Assembly: GCA_003524085.1 (NCBI GenBank)
Contig: DOEC01000035.1
Span: forward strand, 7,796 to 71,795
Source: Bacillota bacterium
GTDB taxonomy: Bacteria > Bacillota_I > Bacilli_A > RF39 > UBA660
DNA: 64,000 bases
Reading direction: 5' to 3'
Shown: one piece after another, positions 1 through 9,414 of the stretch
How the letters are laid out: each line of letters starts with the position of its first letter
How positions within the stretch are numbered: position 1 is the first letter of the stretch
Notes under the pieces: generated by a model
Told to the model about the DNA's origin: nothing
Seen by the model: only the letters and a program-made list of their open reading frames with translations
The model's database searches: none
Position numbers and translations under genes: made by a program

Positions 1-1565
1 TCTATACATCATATGATAATATTGCATCATACATAACAAAAAAACATAAAACTATATTTAAAAATATAAAAGAGATTATTAAAGAAAATTCTAGTGTTAA
101 TGAATATGACTTAAAAAGAGTTATGGAAGAAATAAAAAGCGAAGACATTAAATACGAATATTTATGTTCTATATACAGTATTATGAACCATTTCTATTTA
201 GAACAAGCAGCTATTGTTTTCAAAGATAATAAATATATTATTAAATTTTACCTAAACAAAATTAGATACTCTAAGTATAGTGTAGACTATGTAAAAAGAG
301 TATTATCTGACACTGGTAAATCTTACTTTCTTAAAGACTTTAATGATGAAGACAAAGCTAGTATCATACTATATACACAAGACAAAAACATTCTAAAAAA
401 GTATGTAGATGCTCCTTATTTATCTAAATATCGCTCTACTATCGTTGCAAGAACAGAAGATACTAATTTAATATTAGATAAATTCATACAAATAGATAGT
501 CTTACATTTAAATTAAACTTGATAAACAAAGTTAAAGATAATGATTTAAAAAAGATGTTAATCTGTATGTTAGATGATAAAAACTTAATGGAATTTTTAA
601 TATCTAATGAAACAAACTTATCAAATAGTGACTTAGTTAAAAAACAATGTGAAACTACTTTAATAGACCAAAATATTACTATAGGTGTAGAATTAGAAGC
701 TTGTAATGAAGATATTAAAAACTTTAATAAAACAAAAACTGTATTTAATGATTTCAATATAAAACAAGATTTATCAGTTAAAAGTGGTTTTGAAATAGTA
801 AGCCCAATATTACATTACAACTTAACAGATATGAATAAACTATATCAAGTTTGTGAACTATTAAAAAGATGTAACTTTTATACTGATCAAAGTTGTGGTG
901 GTCATATTCATATAGGTGCATCTTACTTTACCAGTAAAGAAGATTATTATATGTTAGTTTATCTTTATAGTAATGTTGAAAACATACTTTATTATATAAC
1001 AGACAAAGAAGGAACTATTAAAAGGAGTAGTGTAGAAAGATTTGCAATAAAAAGCAAAGAACAATACCTAAAAGCAATAGATGAAGGATTATTTGACAAA
1101 GAACACTTAGATGATGGAATAAAAGATACATTTGATGAAATAAATAAAGACAGGTATAAAGGTTTAAACTTCAAAAATGTAGGTAGTGAATACAAAAATA
1201 CAATTGAATTTAGAATGCCTAACGGAGAAATAGAGTTCACTGAACTTTTATCAAACATCAAATTATTTGCTAGACTTATAGAAATGAGCCATAAATTAGT
1301 ACAAATGGATAAAACAGATATAATAAAACAAAAAGCATTAAAATTAAGCTCTACTAAAGATGAACTAGAAAAACTAAACCTTCTTTTAGAAATACTTTTT
1401 CCTAATCCAAGTGATAGAATAATATACTTAAAAAGATACAAAACAAACTACTCTTTAACACAAAAAGAAACTGAACAAATAACTTCTTCTTTAAGAGATA
1501 AACTATTTTATGAAGTAGTAGCTTACGATGAAGAAAATCATTCTTTAGTTAAAAAAATAATATAG
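1..1565 (+). CDS. 5'-partial ORF (reading frame open to window start); amidoligase-like / glutamine-synthetase-fold carboxylate-amine ligase family protein
   Basis: Frame of ORF 123..1565 has no stop back to nt 3. Motifs IGVELEACNED (ExE metal site), CGGHIHIG, TIEFRMPNGE (E-x-R) resemble GCS2/Amidoligase_2 active-site motifs. Confidence 0.5.
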   Translation, partial: YTSYDNIASYITKKHKTIFKNIKEIIKENSSVNEYDLKRVMEEIKSEDIKYEYLCSIYSIMNHFYLEQAAIVFKDNKYIIKFYLNKIRYSKYSVDYVKRVLSDTGKSYFLKDFNDEDKASIILYTQDKNILKKYVDAPYLSKYRSTIVARTEDTNLILDKFIQIDSLTFKLNLINKVKDNDLKKMLICMLDDKNLMEFLISNETNLSNSDLVKKQCETTLIDQNITIGVELEACNEDIKNFNKTKTVFNDFNIKQDLSVKSGFEIVSPILHYNLTDMNKLYQVCELLKRCNFYTDQSCGGHIHIGASYFTSKEDYYMLVYLYSNVENILYYITDKEGTIKRSSVERFAIKSKEQYLKAIDEGLFDKEHLDDGIKDTFDEINKDRYKGLNFKNVGSEYKNTIEFRMPNGEIEFTELLSNIKLFARLIEMSHKLVQMDKTDIIKQKALKLSSTKDELEKLNLLLEILFPNPSDRIIYLKRYKTNYSLTQKETEQITSSLRDKLFYEVVAYDEENHSLVKKII

Positions 1566-1622
1566 AACTAATACTATATTATTTTTTATTGCCGTGATAT
1601 AATATACATGAAAGGTAAACAT

Positions 1623-2699
1623 ATGAAAAAAAGAAGATTAAAGAAAAAATATAGAATACTACTAAATAAACTAGAAATCCTATTGTTTCTACTATTCATA
1701 TTTTTAGTATTTAAGTCACTATTAACAAAAGAAGAACGTGCTAAAAAACAAATATTAAAGATTAATACTGATACTATATACTTAACTATAGATGAAACTT
1801 ACACCCTTACACCAAAAGTTAAAGTAGTTTATAATGTTACTAACCCAGAAATAATTAGCATTAAAAACAATACTGTAACAGCTTTAAAAGACGGAAATAC
1901 TAAAATTGAAGTAACTTACAAAGAAGAAAAAGAAGTGATAGATGTAGTAGTAACTAATTTATACACATTACCAAAAATAAATAATAAAAAACCATATCTT
2001 ACTTGTAATTTGTATACAGCTGAAGAAGAAAGTATCCTTGACTCTTCACTAAAATTCAAAATTAATTCTAGTGGATACAAAACTAGGGCAGGCGTTGTAA
2101 CTTCCGCCAGATTTTTAACCTTACAATTTAAAAATAGAATATCATACTTTTATGAAAATGGAAGACTAGTTAACTATGGGGACCAAGACTATGCTGATGG
2201 AGAAGGCAGGTACTACCACGAAGGATTATATCTAACTGAAAACAAGTTTAAAACTATTAAAGCCAGTGTTAACGGCCCCGCTGCTTGGGGTTGCCCTTTA
2301 TACGTTGATTTATTTGAAAGGGAAGAAAAAAATGGCCTAGACTGCAGTGGATTTGTATCATGGGCTTTACTAAATGGTGGCTTTGATGTAGGGGATGTGG
2401 GCGCTGGAATTGACCCAGAAAGAACTGACGACCTAGACGATTTAGGAGAAAAAATGAAAGTAAATGAAAGTGACTTCGACCCATCAAAAATAAAAGTTGG
2501 AGACCTATTTAGTAGGTATGGCCACATAGGAATACTTATCGGAAAAGATAATGATACATTCTATATAGCTGAAGCATTAGACTACGACTTACACGTATTA
2601 ACTATGACTTCTAAAGAAATACTAGAAAGTGAGTGGCTATATGTAATATTAATGGATGACCTTTACAAAAAAGATGGTAACTTAAAAGAAATGTGGTAA
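1623..2699 (+). CDS. cell-wall hydrolase: N-terminal TM/signal, Big_2 Ig-like domain, C-terminal NlpC/P60 peptidase
   Basis: RBS GAAAGG before ATG at 1623 (M6 of ORF 1608). NlpC/P60 Cys motif DCSGFVSWAL and His motif GHIGILIG; Big_2-like stretch VTALKDGNTKIEVTY. Confidence 0.8.
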   Translation: MKKRRLKKKYRILLNKLEILLFLLFIFLVFKSLLTKEERAKKQILKINTDTIYLTIDETYTLTPKVKVVYNVTNPEIISIKNNTVTALKDGNTKIEVTYKEEKEVIDVVVTNLYTLPKINNKKPYLTCNLYTAEEESILDSSLKFKINSSGYKTRAGVVTSARFLTLQFKNRISYFYENGRLVNYGDQDYADGEGRYYHEGLYLTENKFKTIKASVNGPAAWGCPLYVDLFEREEKNGLDCSGFVSWALLNGGFDVGDVGAGIDPERTDDLDDLGEKMKVNESDFDPSKIKVGDLFSRYGHIGILIGKDNDTFYIAEALDYDLHVLTMTSKEILESEWLYVILMDDLYKKDGNLKEMW

Positions 2700-2700
2700 A

Positions 2701-3222
2701 CTAAATACCATATTTCTTTTTATTTGTATCATAAAATAGAAAATACTTAGGTGGTTTATATGTTAACAAACCAAAAGATACATAAGTAACAATTATAACT
2801 ATAATTAAGAATACCTTATTAATATTGAGTTCTCTTTCGCTCAGAATCTTATAACTAACATATGCCATAAGAATGTAGTCAAGTAGCATTAACCCTATAG
2901 AAATAAACATGGTTTCTCCAAATATTTTATAAAGTGGTAAATATATAATTAAATACAAGGCAATACTTAAAATACTAGTTAGCACAGTACTAAAAAAGTG
3001 ATTATTGTAATAAATGTTAAACTTATCTAATAAAAACTTATCAACTAATCCCCAAACTAAAATAGCTGATACAAATATCTTCATATGTTCCCATATACTT
3101 TCATTAACTGGAAAAAATATACTTGTAACTACATTAGGCCACCACTCATACATAAAATGAAATAAAAAACTTAATGCAAAAACACCAATAACATTAATAA
3201 TTTTAATCTTTTTTAAATTCAT
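2701..3222 (-). CDS. integral membrane protein (5-6 TM), unknown function
   Basis: 173-aa ORF, hydrophobic helices throughout, starts MNLKKIKI. Confidence 0.55.
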   Translation of the reverse strand: MNLKKIKIINVIGVFALSFLFHFMYEWWPNVVTSIFFPVNESIWEHMKIFVSAILVWGLVDKFLLDKFNIYYNNHFFSTVLTSILSIALYLIIYLPLYKIFGETMFISIGLMLLDYILMAYVSYKILSERELNINKVFLIIVIIVTYVSFGLLTYKPPKYFLFYDTNKKKYGI

Positions 3223-3304
3223 GAATCCACCTCATACTAATATTATATTCAAATAAGCCTTTAAAATAATAGAAACTTTTGGTATAATTAACTTGTGAAA
3301 AAAT

Positions 3305-3679
3305 ATGTATGTTTTAATGAGTATAAAGCCAAAATATGTAGAAAAAATACTAAGTGGAGAAAAGAAGTATGAATACAGAAAAACACTTTTAAAGAAAGAT
3401 GTAGAAAGTATACTTGTGTATTCAACCTCTCCAGTTAAAAAAGTAGTCTGTGAAATAAAACTACTTGAAGTAGTAAAAGGAACACTTGAGTATGTATACA
3501 GTAAAACCAATATAGAAGGTGGTATTACTTTAGAAGAATTTAATAGCTACTTCAAAAACAAAAATGTCGCCTATGCATACAAACTAGGAAGTATAAAAAA
3601 ATTAGACTTAACACTAAAAGAAATAGGCGTTCCAACTGCGCCTCAGTCATACCAATACATAGAAAGGATAGAATTATGA
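3305..3679 (+). CDS. ASCH (PUA-like) domain protein
   Basis: N-terminus MSIKPKYVEKILSGEKKYEYR matches the canonical ASCH start; TATAAT about 22 nt upstream; 4-nt ATGA overlap with next gene. Confidence 0.75.
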   Translation: MYVLMSIKPKYVEKILSGEKKYEYRKTLLKKDVESILVYSTSPVKKVVCEIKLLEVVKGTLEYVYSKTNIEGGITLEEFNSYFKNKNVAYAYKLGSIKKLDLTLKEIGVPTAPQSYQYIERIEL

Positions 3680-4113
3680 AAGTAATATTTTTAGATGTAG
3701 ATGGAGTACTAAACAATGATGGATATTTTGAAAGAACGAAAAAAGAAAAACAAAATAGAATAGAATTAGACGATGAAAACATAAAATGCTTAAAAGAAAT
3801 AATTGATTTAACAGGTGCAAAAGTAGTAGTCACTTCAACTTGGAAAGAACTTCGTATATATAGCAAGTTAATTAGTTATCTAAAAAACTTTGGAATAGAA
3901 GTATATGATAAAACTGTTCACATGTCTTATAACAGGGGAGACGAAATACGTGAGTATCTATCTACTCATGAAATAGATAACTTTATTATATTAGATGACG
4001 AAATATTTAAAGACTTTAACGAACTAATTTTACATCTAGTAAAAACAGATTTTTATAACGGTGGACTAACAGAACAACATAAAACATTAGCCCTCAAGTT
4101 AATGAATAATTAA
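3676..4113 (+). CDS. HAD-superfamily phosphatase-like protein (HAD_SAK-type)
   Basis: MKVIFLDVDGVLNN has the HAD motif I DxDGxL; small 145-aa stand-alone HAD; translationally coupled to ASCH gene. Confidence 0.65.
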   Translation: MKVIFLDVDGVLNNDGYFERTKKEKQNRIELDDENIKCLKEIIDLTGAKVVVTSTWKELRIYSKLISYLKNFGIEVYDKTVHMSYNRGDEIREYLSTHEIDNFIILDDEIFKDFNELILHLVKTDFYNGGLTEQHKTLALKLMNN

Positions 4114-4123
4114 TCTATTCATC

Positions 4124-4151
4124 TTGAATGAGTTAAAAAATGTAATACAAT
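4124..4151 (+). promoter_or_regulatory. candidate sigma-A promoter (TTGAAT-16nt-TACAAT) driving a short plus-strand RNA
   Basis: -35/-10 match by eye; no CDS follows; transcript would end at hairpin 4210-4247. Confidence 0.3.
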
Positions 4152-4157
4152 ATAAAT

Positions 4158-4247
4158 GCATGGTACATAAAGTACAATTGGTAACTGAATGTCTACCTAT
4201 GTTTTTGTGGACATTGCCCTAAAAGGCGATGTCATTTCTTTATTTCT
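4158..4247 (+). ncRNA. candidate ~90-nt antisense sRNA (type I antitoxin candidate) overlapping 3' end of minus-strand small-peptide mRNA
   Basis: promoter at 4124-4151, intrinsic terminator 4210-4247, no ORF. Confidence 0.3.
4210..4247 (+). terminator. rho-independent terminator (GACATTGCC-loop-GGCGATGTC + ATTTCTTTATTTCT)
   Basis: 9-bp stem with one mismatch followed by T-rich run. Confidence 0.5.
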
Positions 4248-4324
4248 ATCACTAATAATAGCAATAAAAACAAAGCAATATTCACTAGAATCAACACGCA
4301 TATTCTATACGGTCTCTTCTTCAT
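4232..4324 (-). CDS. 30-aa hydrophobic peptide MKKRPYRICVLILVNIALFLLLLLVIEIKK; candidate type I toxin
   Basis: strong SD AAAGGAAAGGAGG 7 nt upstream of ATG; single TM helix with charged ends; GC-rich structured 5' leader; strong promoter upstream. Confidence 0.35.
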   Translation of the reverse strand: MKKRPYRICVLILVNIALFLLLLLVIEIKK

Positions 4325-4412
4325 GGATATTGAACCTCCTTTCCTTTTCAACCAAGTTCCCCTGATTTACTTAAGGTCGGTACGCGCGCTGCACTTCCTG
4401 CTCCATATTAAC

Positions 4413-4441
4413 ATTATAACGTAATTAGTAAGGTAAGTCAA
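4413..4441 (-). promoter_or_regulatory. near-consensus sigma-A promoter on minus strand (TTGACT-17nt-TATAAT) for the small-peptide mRNA
   Basis: read directly from the sequence. Confidence 0.5.
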
Positions 4442-4581
4442 TACTAAAAACAAATAAATTTTCGCTACAATTTTTAAAATCTGCAATAATTGTGGATAAC
4501 TTAAAACTTATTAACAAAAATTCCTAAAACCAGTAGAAAAAAATAAGTTTTTGATGTAAAATCATATTAGGAGGTTTGATT

Positions 4582-5256
4582 ATGGGAAAGATAATTGTTA
4601 TTGAAGGAACAGACTGTTCTGGAAAAGAAACTCAGTCAAAATTATTAAAAGGTTACTTAGAACAAAATGGCATTAAGGTGGCAACATTCAGTTATCCACA
4701 ATATAACACACCAACTGGCAAAATAATAGGTGGTCCACTTTTGGGAAAACCAAGCATATGCCCATCATGGTTTAATAACTATGTAGAAGTTGATAGCAAA
4801 GTTGCAAGTCTTTACTTTGCAGCCGATAGACGCGCATCACTTCCAGTACTAAAAGAATTAATAAACAATAACGAAATTGTAATAATTGATAGATACATCT
4901 ACTCAAACATGGGACACCAAGGTTCTAAAATAGAAGACAAAGAAGAAAGACTAAAAATGTATAAATTCTTAGAAACTCTAGAATTTGACTTACTAGAACT
5001 TCCTCGTCCAGACTTAGTAATCTTCCTTTATTTACCATACTCTTATGGAGAAGAATTAAAGAAAAATCGTGTTGAAACACTAGACGAAGCAGAAAAAAGT
5101 CAAACACACTAAATAAAAAGTGAAAGAACATATCTAGAACTAACCGAGCTTTATGGCTTTGAAAAAATTGACTGCTTTACAAACGGCACAGTAAAAACAA
5201 GAGAAGAAATAAATAAAGAAGTAATCTCGCATGTTAAAAAACTAACTTTAAAATAA
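4582..5256 (+). pseudogene. tmk: thymidylate kinase (tmk) interrupted by an in-frame TAA at 5110-5112
   Basis: P-loop IVIEGTDCSGKETQ; RBS AGGAGG before ATG 4582; ORF stops at 5112 but the same frame continues IKSERTYLELTELYGF...KKLTLK* to 5256, giving a ~225-aa Tmk-length product. Confidence 0.6.
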
Positions 5257-5314
5257 CAAAAATTGGTAGATTAATAATTAACATTTAATAAATACTATAA
5301 CTAGGTGAATACAA

Positions 5315-5713
5315 ATGAAAAAAATATTATTAACTCTATCAATTTTTTTAATGATTTTTATATCTCCAAACACCAGCGCAATAGAAGATTATAGTCTATA
5401 TAAAGAAAGTGTATATGTTTTAAAATATAACACTCTAAACTCTAAAGACTTGCCTTCTTTATTAAAAGACACTAATAGCCTAGTCTTAGAAATAGACGCA
5501 AACATCAAAGGAAAAACCTACACTTATAGAATACTTTCAAGTGACATAAGTGTAACTACTGAAAAACTAATAAAGAAAATAACTAAAGACATAACAGATA
5601 AAGAAACCATAACCGATATAGAAATCAACGGAGTAAAAATAACAAAACTCACTCTAAAAATCACTAATGAAGACTATAACACACTAAAAGAAAGAAGTAA
5701 AATCTATGAGTGA
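5315..5713 (+). CDS. secreted protein with signal peptide, unknown function
   Basis: MKKILLTLSIFLMIFISPNTSA signal-like N-terminus. Confidence 0.6.
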   Translation: MKKILLTLSIFLMIFISPNTSAIEDYSLYKESVYVLKYNTLNSKDLPSLLKDTNSLVLEIDANIKGKTYTYRILSSDISVTTEKLIKKITKDITDKETITDIEINGVKITKLTLKITNEDYNTLKERSKIYE

Positions 5714-6830
5714 TTTAAAAAAGTACAATATATTTATATTCATAACAAGCTTTGCTAAATTACTAGTTGAAATCTTTATTCCACTTATACTTTATAATAT
5801 GTCCTTCACTATAAAAGAAATAATTCTATTTTTAATACTTAAATATTCTTTTTGTCTACTCTTCATCCCAGTAGGTTACTTTATAGGAAAAAAATATTCA
5901 GTCTCAACACTAATGATACTAAGTTCCATAATTTTTAGTATAACCTATATATACTTATCACAAATAAACAAAAACTTAACATCCCTTATAATACTAAGCA
6001 TCCTTTACTCAAGTTACTTAATGTTCTATTGGCTTGGAAGACACACGTATGGCCTAAGTATAATTGAAGACAAAAAAACAACAGATAACGTTAGCTTATA
6101 CAATATATTCACTATTCTAGGTGGATTATTTTCTCCGTTCATCGGTTCATACATTATTGAAAAAACAAGCACACTTACTCTTTCAACAATCGTACTAGTA
6201 CTTATGATAATCAGCATAATTCCCCTTACCAAAATTAAAAAAATCAAACTTAACCCTAACACTCAAATAAAACATATTATAAAGTCTTTCCCAAAAACAA
6301 ACTACATATTTAATACTCTTGACCAATTAAGATACATCTTATACACAGTACTACCTTTATGGATATACATTAACATAAAAAGCAAATATTCATATATAGG
6401 AATTCTAAACATCATAACTGGTCTAGGTAGCATTATCTACATATACTTACTATCTAAAAAGATGGACAAAAACAAAAAAGACTACCTAAGTTTATCACTA
6501 CTTATAATGGGTATAATCTACTTATTAAAAATAACCATCACATCTAATCTAGCATACCTAATAATAACATTATTTGAAGGAATTACAAAGTCTAGTTTAG
6601 ACACTATTACACTGAGAAACACATACGTATACCAAAAAAACTATTGTATTACTTCATACATAATATTTACAGAAATAATAAACAACATTGCAAGAACACT
6701 ATTTCTAATAATTTTCTATATATTTAACGTACCACTAACAACAATGTTACTAATATGTATTCTAGGAATATTCTTAAACGTATTTGTAAAATATGATGAT
6801 GGAAAATATGGTTACTCTCTTGTTAAATAA
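5706..6830 (+). CDS. polytopic membrane protein (10-12 TM), possibly MFS-type transporter
   Basis: 374 aa, almost entirely hydrophobic helices; start overlaps previous stop. Confidence 0.55.
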   Translation: MSDLKKYNIFIFITSFAKLLVEIFIPLILYNMSFTIKEIILFLILKYSFCLLFIPVGYFIGKKYSVSTLMILSSIIFSITYIYLSQINKNLTSLIILSILYSSYLMFYWLGRHTYGLSIIEDKKTTDNVSLYNIFTILGGLFSPFIGSYIIEKTSTLTLSTIVLVLMIISIIPLTKIKKIKLNPNTQIKHIIKSFPKTNYIFNTLDQLRYILYTVLPLWIYINIKSKYSYIGILNIITGLGSIIYIYLLSKKMDKNKKDYLSLSLLIMGIIYLLKITITSNLAYLIITLFEGITKSSLDTITLRNTYVYQKNYCITSYIIFTEIINNIARTLFLIIFYIFNVPLTTMLLICILGIFLNVFVKYDDGKYGYSLVK

Positions 6831-6873
6831 TGAAATTTATGATATTATATTAATATAATAAAGAGGGATAAAG

Positions 6874-9270
6874 ATGGGTAGTTTAAAAGATTATTTTAAA
6901 ATTGATACAACACTAGGTTTTGCAAGACCTGACTGCATATTTAAAGGAGAGAAATACAGAATTACTATACTTTCTGATGTTTTATTGCGCCTAGAATATA
7001 ACGAAAACGGAATATTTAACGATTATCCTACACTATTTGCTATAAATAGAAAATTCACTAAAATGCCAACTTTCACTAAAAAAGAAGACGAAAAATTCCT
7101 AAATATTACAAACGACTACTTTATCTTAGAATACAATAAAGAAAAACCTTTTGCTGCATCCAAACTAATTCCAGACTCAAACCTTAGAATAAGTATTCAA
7201 GGTACAGATAAAATTTGGTATGTAAACCATCCTGAAGTAAAAAATTTAAAAGGCGCAACTTATAGCTTTGACACAAAAAACTTCACTTTAGAAAGAGGAC
7301 TATATAGTCTAGACGGAGTAGCAAGTTTTAACGACTCATGTCGTCCTGTATTTGTAAGTGACGGTACAGTTAAAAAGAATCCAAGTGATGGAATGGATAT
7401 ATACTTATTTGTATACAAAAGTAACTTTGATGAAGCACTAAATAGCTATTACGAACTAACTGGAAAACCAAGCTTAATACCAAGATATGCTTTAGGTGTA
7501 TGGTGGAACAAAAACGAAGATTATACATCTGACGACATCACTTCCTTAATAAACAATTTTAAAAAATCAGACATTCCAATAAGCACCCTTTTACTAGGTA
7601 ACAAATGGAATAAAACAGAAGGAAAATTGTCCCCTACATTTAACTATAACGATAAGAAATTCCCTAACTTTATAGAAACCGCAAATAATATACACAGAAA
7701 TGGCATATATTTTGGTTTAACAGTAAATCCACAAAACGGAATAACACCACTAGATCCAGGATACCAAAATTTAAAAACAAAGCTAAACGAAACAAAAGAA
7801 ATAATACCAATAAATGTTTATAACAACACTATATTAGAGTTTTTGTATACTTATTTAATAGAATATTTAAATCAAAGAGGAGTAGACTTTATAAACTTTG
7901 ACATAAAAGCAGAAGATAAAATAGCACAGTTTATGCTAATGCATTACACTTACATGAACTTCAAAAAAGACGCATCACGTCGTGGACTAATTATGAGTAG
8001 AAACCCAGGCATAGCATCACATAGATACCCAATTATGTATTCAGGAGTTACTGAAGTTTCATGGAAAACTTTAAAATACTTACCATTTTATAACATTAGT
8101 TCTTCGAATATAGGCCTTACTTGGTGGTCACATGATATAGGTGGATACGAAAATGGAACAGAAGATGCTGAGTTATATACTAGATACGTTCAACTAGGTG
8201 TATATAGTCCAATATTTAGGTTTTCTTCAAAAGAAGGAAGATACTATAAACGTGAACCATGGAAATGGGATGTAAAAACACAAGGTATCGTAAAAGACTA
8301 CACTAGAGTAAGACATAGACTAATTCCTTATATATATAGCGAGGCATATAAATATTCAAAACATGGAATAAACTTAATCAAACCATTATACTATGACTAC
8401 AAAGAAACAATAGATGAGCCACTATACAAAAATGAATACCATTTTGGTAGTGAACTATTTGTCTGCCCAATAACTGAACCAAAAGACAAAGTCATGAATA
8501 GGGTACTTCATAGAATATACCTTCCTGAAGGAACATGGTATGACTTTAAAACTGGTAAAAAATTCCCAGGCGGAAAAAGATACGTTACATTCTATAAAGA
8601 CGAAGACTACCCAGTATACGCTAAAAGCGGCTCTATCATACCTTTAGCAATCATTGACGAAAACAACATAAATAGTGTTTTACCACCTAAAAAAATGGAA
8701 ATTCAAGTCTTCCCTGGTGTAAGCAATAACATTAATTTATACGAAGACGATGGAATTAGTAGTTTATACAAAGAAGGATACTATATTCTTACAAATATAG
8801 ACTATAACTATAGAAAAAATAACTACACATTGATTTTAAGGCCAATTGAAGGTAAAACAGGTATAGTTCCAGACAAACGTGACTACAAAATAAAATTTAG
8901 AAACACAAAAAGACCAGAATACGTAAAAGTAAACGTTGGAAGATTTGAAGTAGAGTTTACTACTAGATGTGACGAAAGTGACTTCATTATAGAAATACCT
9001 AACGTACCAACAAACCAACAACTAACAGTAAACTGTGGTGGAGAAGCAATAGAAATAGATGCAGTTAGACTTATAAACGAAGACATAGACGAAATAATAA
9101 GTGATTTACAAATAGAAACAAACTTAAAAGAACAAGTAGCAAGCATTTTATTTAGTGATTTATCTATAAGAAAGAAAAGAATAGAGATAAGAAAAATGAA
9201 AAGAAAAGGCTTAAATAAACTTTTTATAAAAATGTTTATAAAACTACTTGAATATATTAGTGAGATATGA
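6874..9270 (+). CDS. glycoside hydrolase family 31 (alpha-glucosidase / alpha-xylosidase-like)
   Basis: GLTWWSHDIGGY motif as in YicI-type GH31; 798 aa; RBS AGAGGGA. Confidence 0.8.
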   Translation: MGSLKDYFKIDTTLGFARPDCIFKGEKYRITILSDVLLRLEYNENGIFNDYPTLFAINRKFTKMPTFTKKEDEKFLNITNDYFILEYNKEKPFAASKLIPDSNLRISIQGTDKIWYVNHPEVKNLKGATYSFDTKNFTLERGLYSLDGVASFNDSCRPVFVSDGTVKKNPSDGMDIYLFVYKSNFDEALNSYYELTGKPSLIPRYALGVWWNKNEDYTSDDITSLINNFKKSDIPISTLLLGNKWNKTEGKLSPTFNYNDKKFPNFIETANNIHRNGIYFGLTVNPQNGITPLDPGYQNLKTKLNETKEIIPINVYNNTILEFLYTYLIEYLNQRGVDFINFDIKAEDKIAQFMLMHYTYMNFKKDASRRGLIMSRNPGIASHRYPIMYSGVTEVSWKTLKYLPFYNISSSNIGLTWWSHDIGGYENGTEDAELYTRYVQLGVYSPIFRFSSKEGRYYKREPWKWDVKTQGIVKDYTRVRHRLIPYIYSEAYKYSKHGINLIKPLYYDYKETIDEPLYKNEYHFGSELFVCPITEPKDKVMNRVLHRIYLPEGTWYDFKTGKKFPGGKRYVTFYKDEDYPVYAKSGSIIPLAIIDENNINSVLPPKKMEIQVFPGVSNNINLYEDDGISSLYKEGYYILTNIDYNYRKNNYTLILRPIEGKTGIVPDKRDYKIKFRNTKRPEYVKVNVGRFEVEFTTRCDESDFIIEIPNVPTNQQLTVNCGGEAIEIDAVRLINEDIDEIISDLQIETNLKEQVASILFSDLSIRKKRIEIRKMKRKGLNKLFIKMFIKLLEYISEI

Positions 9271-9334
9271 TATACTTATAGTGGGTTATCGATTAATTTA
9301 TATTTTTTGATACCCACCTAATATATTTTTATAC

Positions 9335-9368
9335 GACATCCTTAACCCAGGATGTCACTTTTTTTATA
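9335..9368 (+). terminator. rho-independent terminator after GH31 gene
   Basis: GACATCC-TTAACCCA-GGATGTC + ACTTTTTTT. Confidence 0.6.
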
Positions 9369-9377
9369 ATGAACTAC

Positions 9378-9406
9378 TTGAAATTAAATAAATATACTGC
9401 TATAAT
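9378..9406 (+). promoter_or_regulatory. sigma-A promoter TTGAAA-17nt-TATAAT for leuS leader
   Basis: read directly from the sequence. Confidence 0.5.
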
Positions 9407-9414
9407 ACTAATAT

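Noticed and set aside
416-1441. Minus-strand ORFs 416-757 and 992-1441 inside the first gene
   Set aside because: Antisense to a long coding frame, low-complexity Leu/Ser/Ile-rich translations typical of AT-rich antisense noise, no RBS
2213-2527. Minus-strand ORFs 2213-2527 / 2269-2487
   Set aside because: Arise only because of the locally GC-elevated NlpC/P60 core; Pro/Ser/Arg-rich nonsense; antisense to a well-supported gene
3232-3866. Minus-strand ORFs 3232-3510 and 3552-3866 overlapping ASCH/HAD genes
   Set aside because: Antisense overlap with motif-supported plus-strand genes; no start context
4582-5256. Possibility that the in-frame TAA in tmk indicates an alternative genetic code
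   Set aside because: All other long genes (leuS, glmS, hsdR, SNF2, nrdD) are intact under the standard code, so a stop reassignment is unlikely
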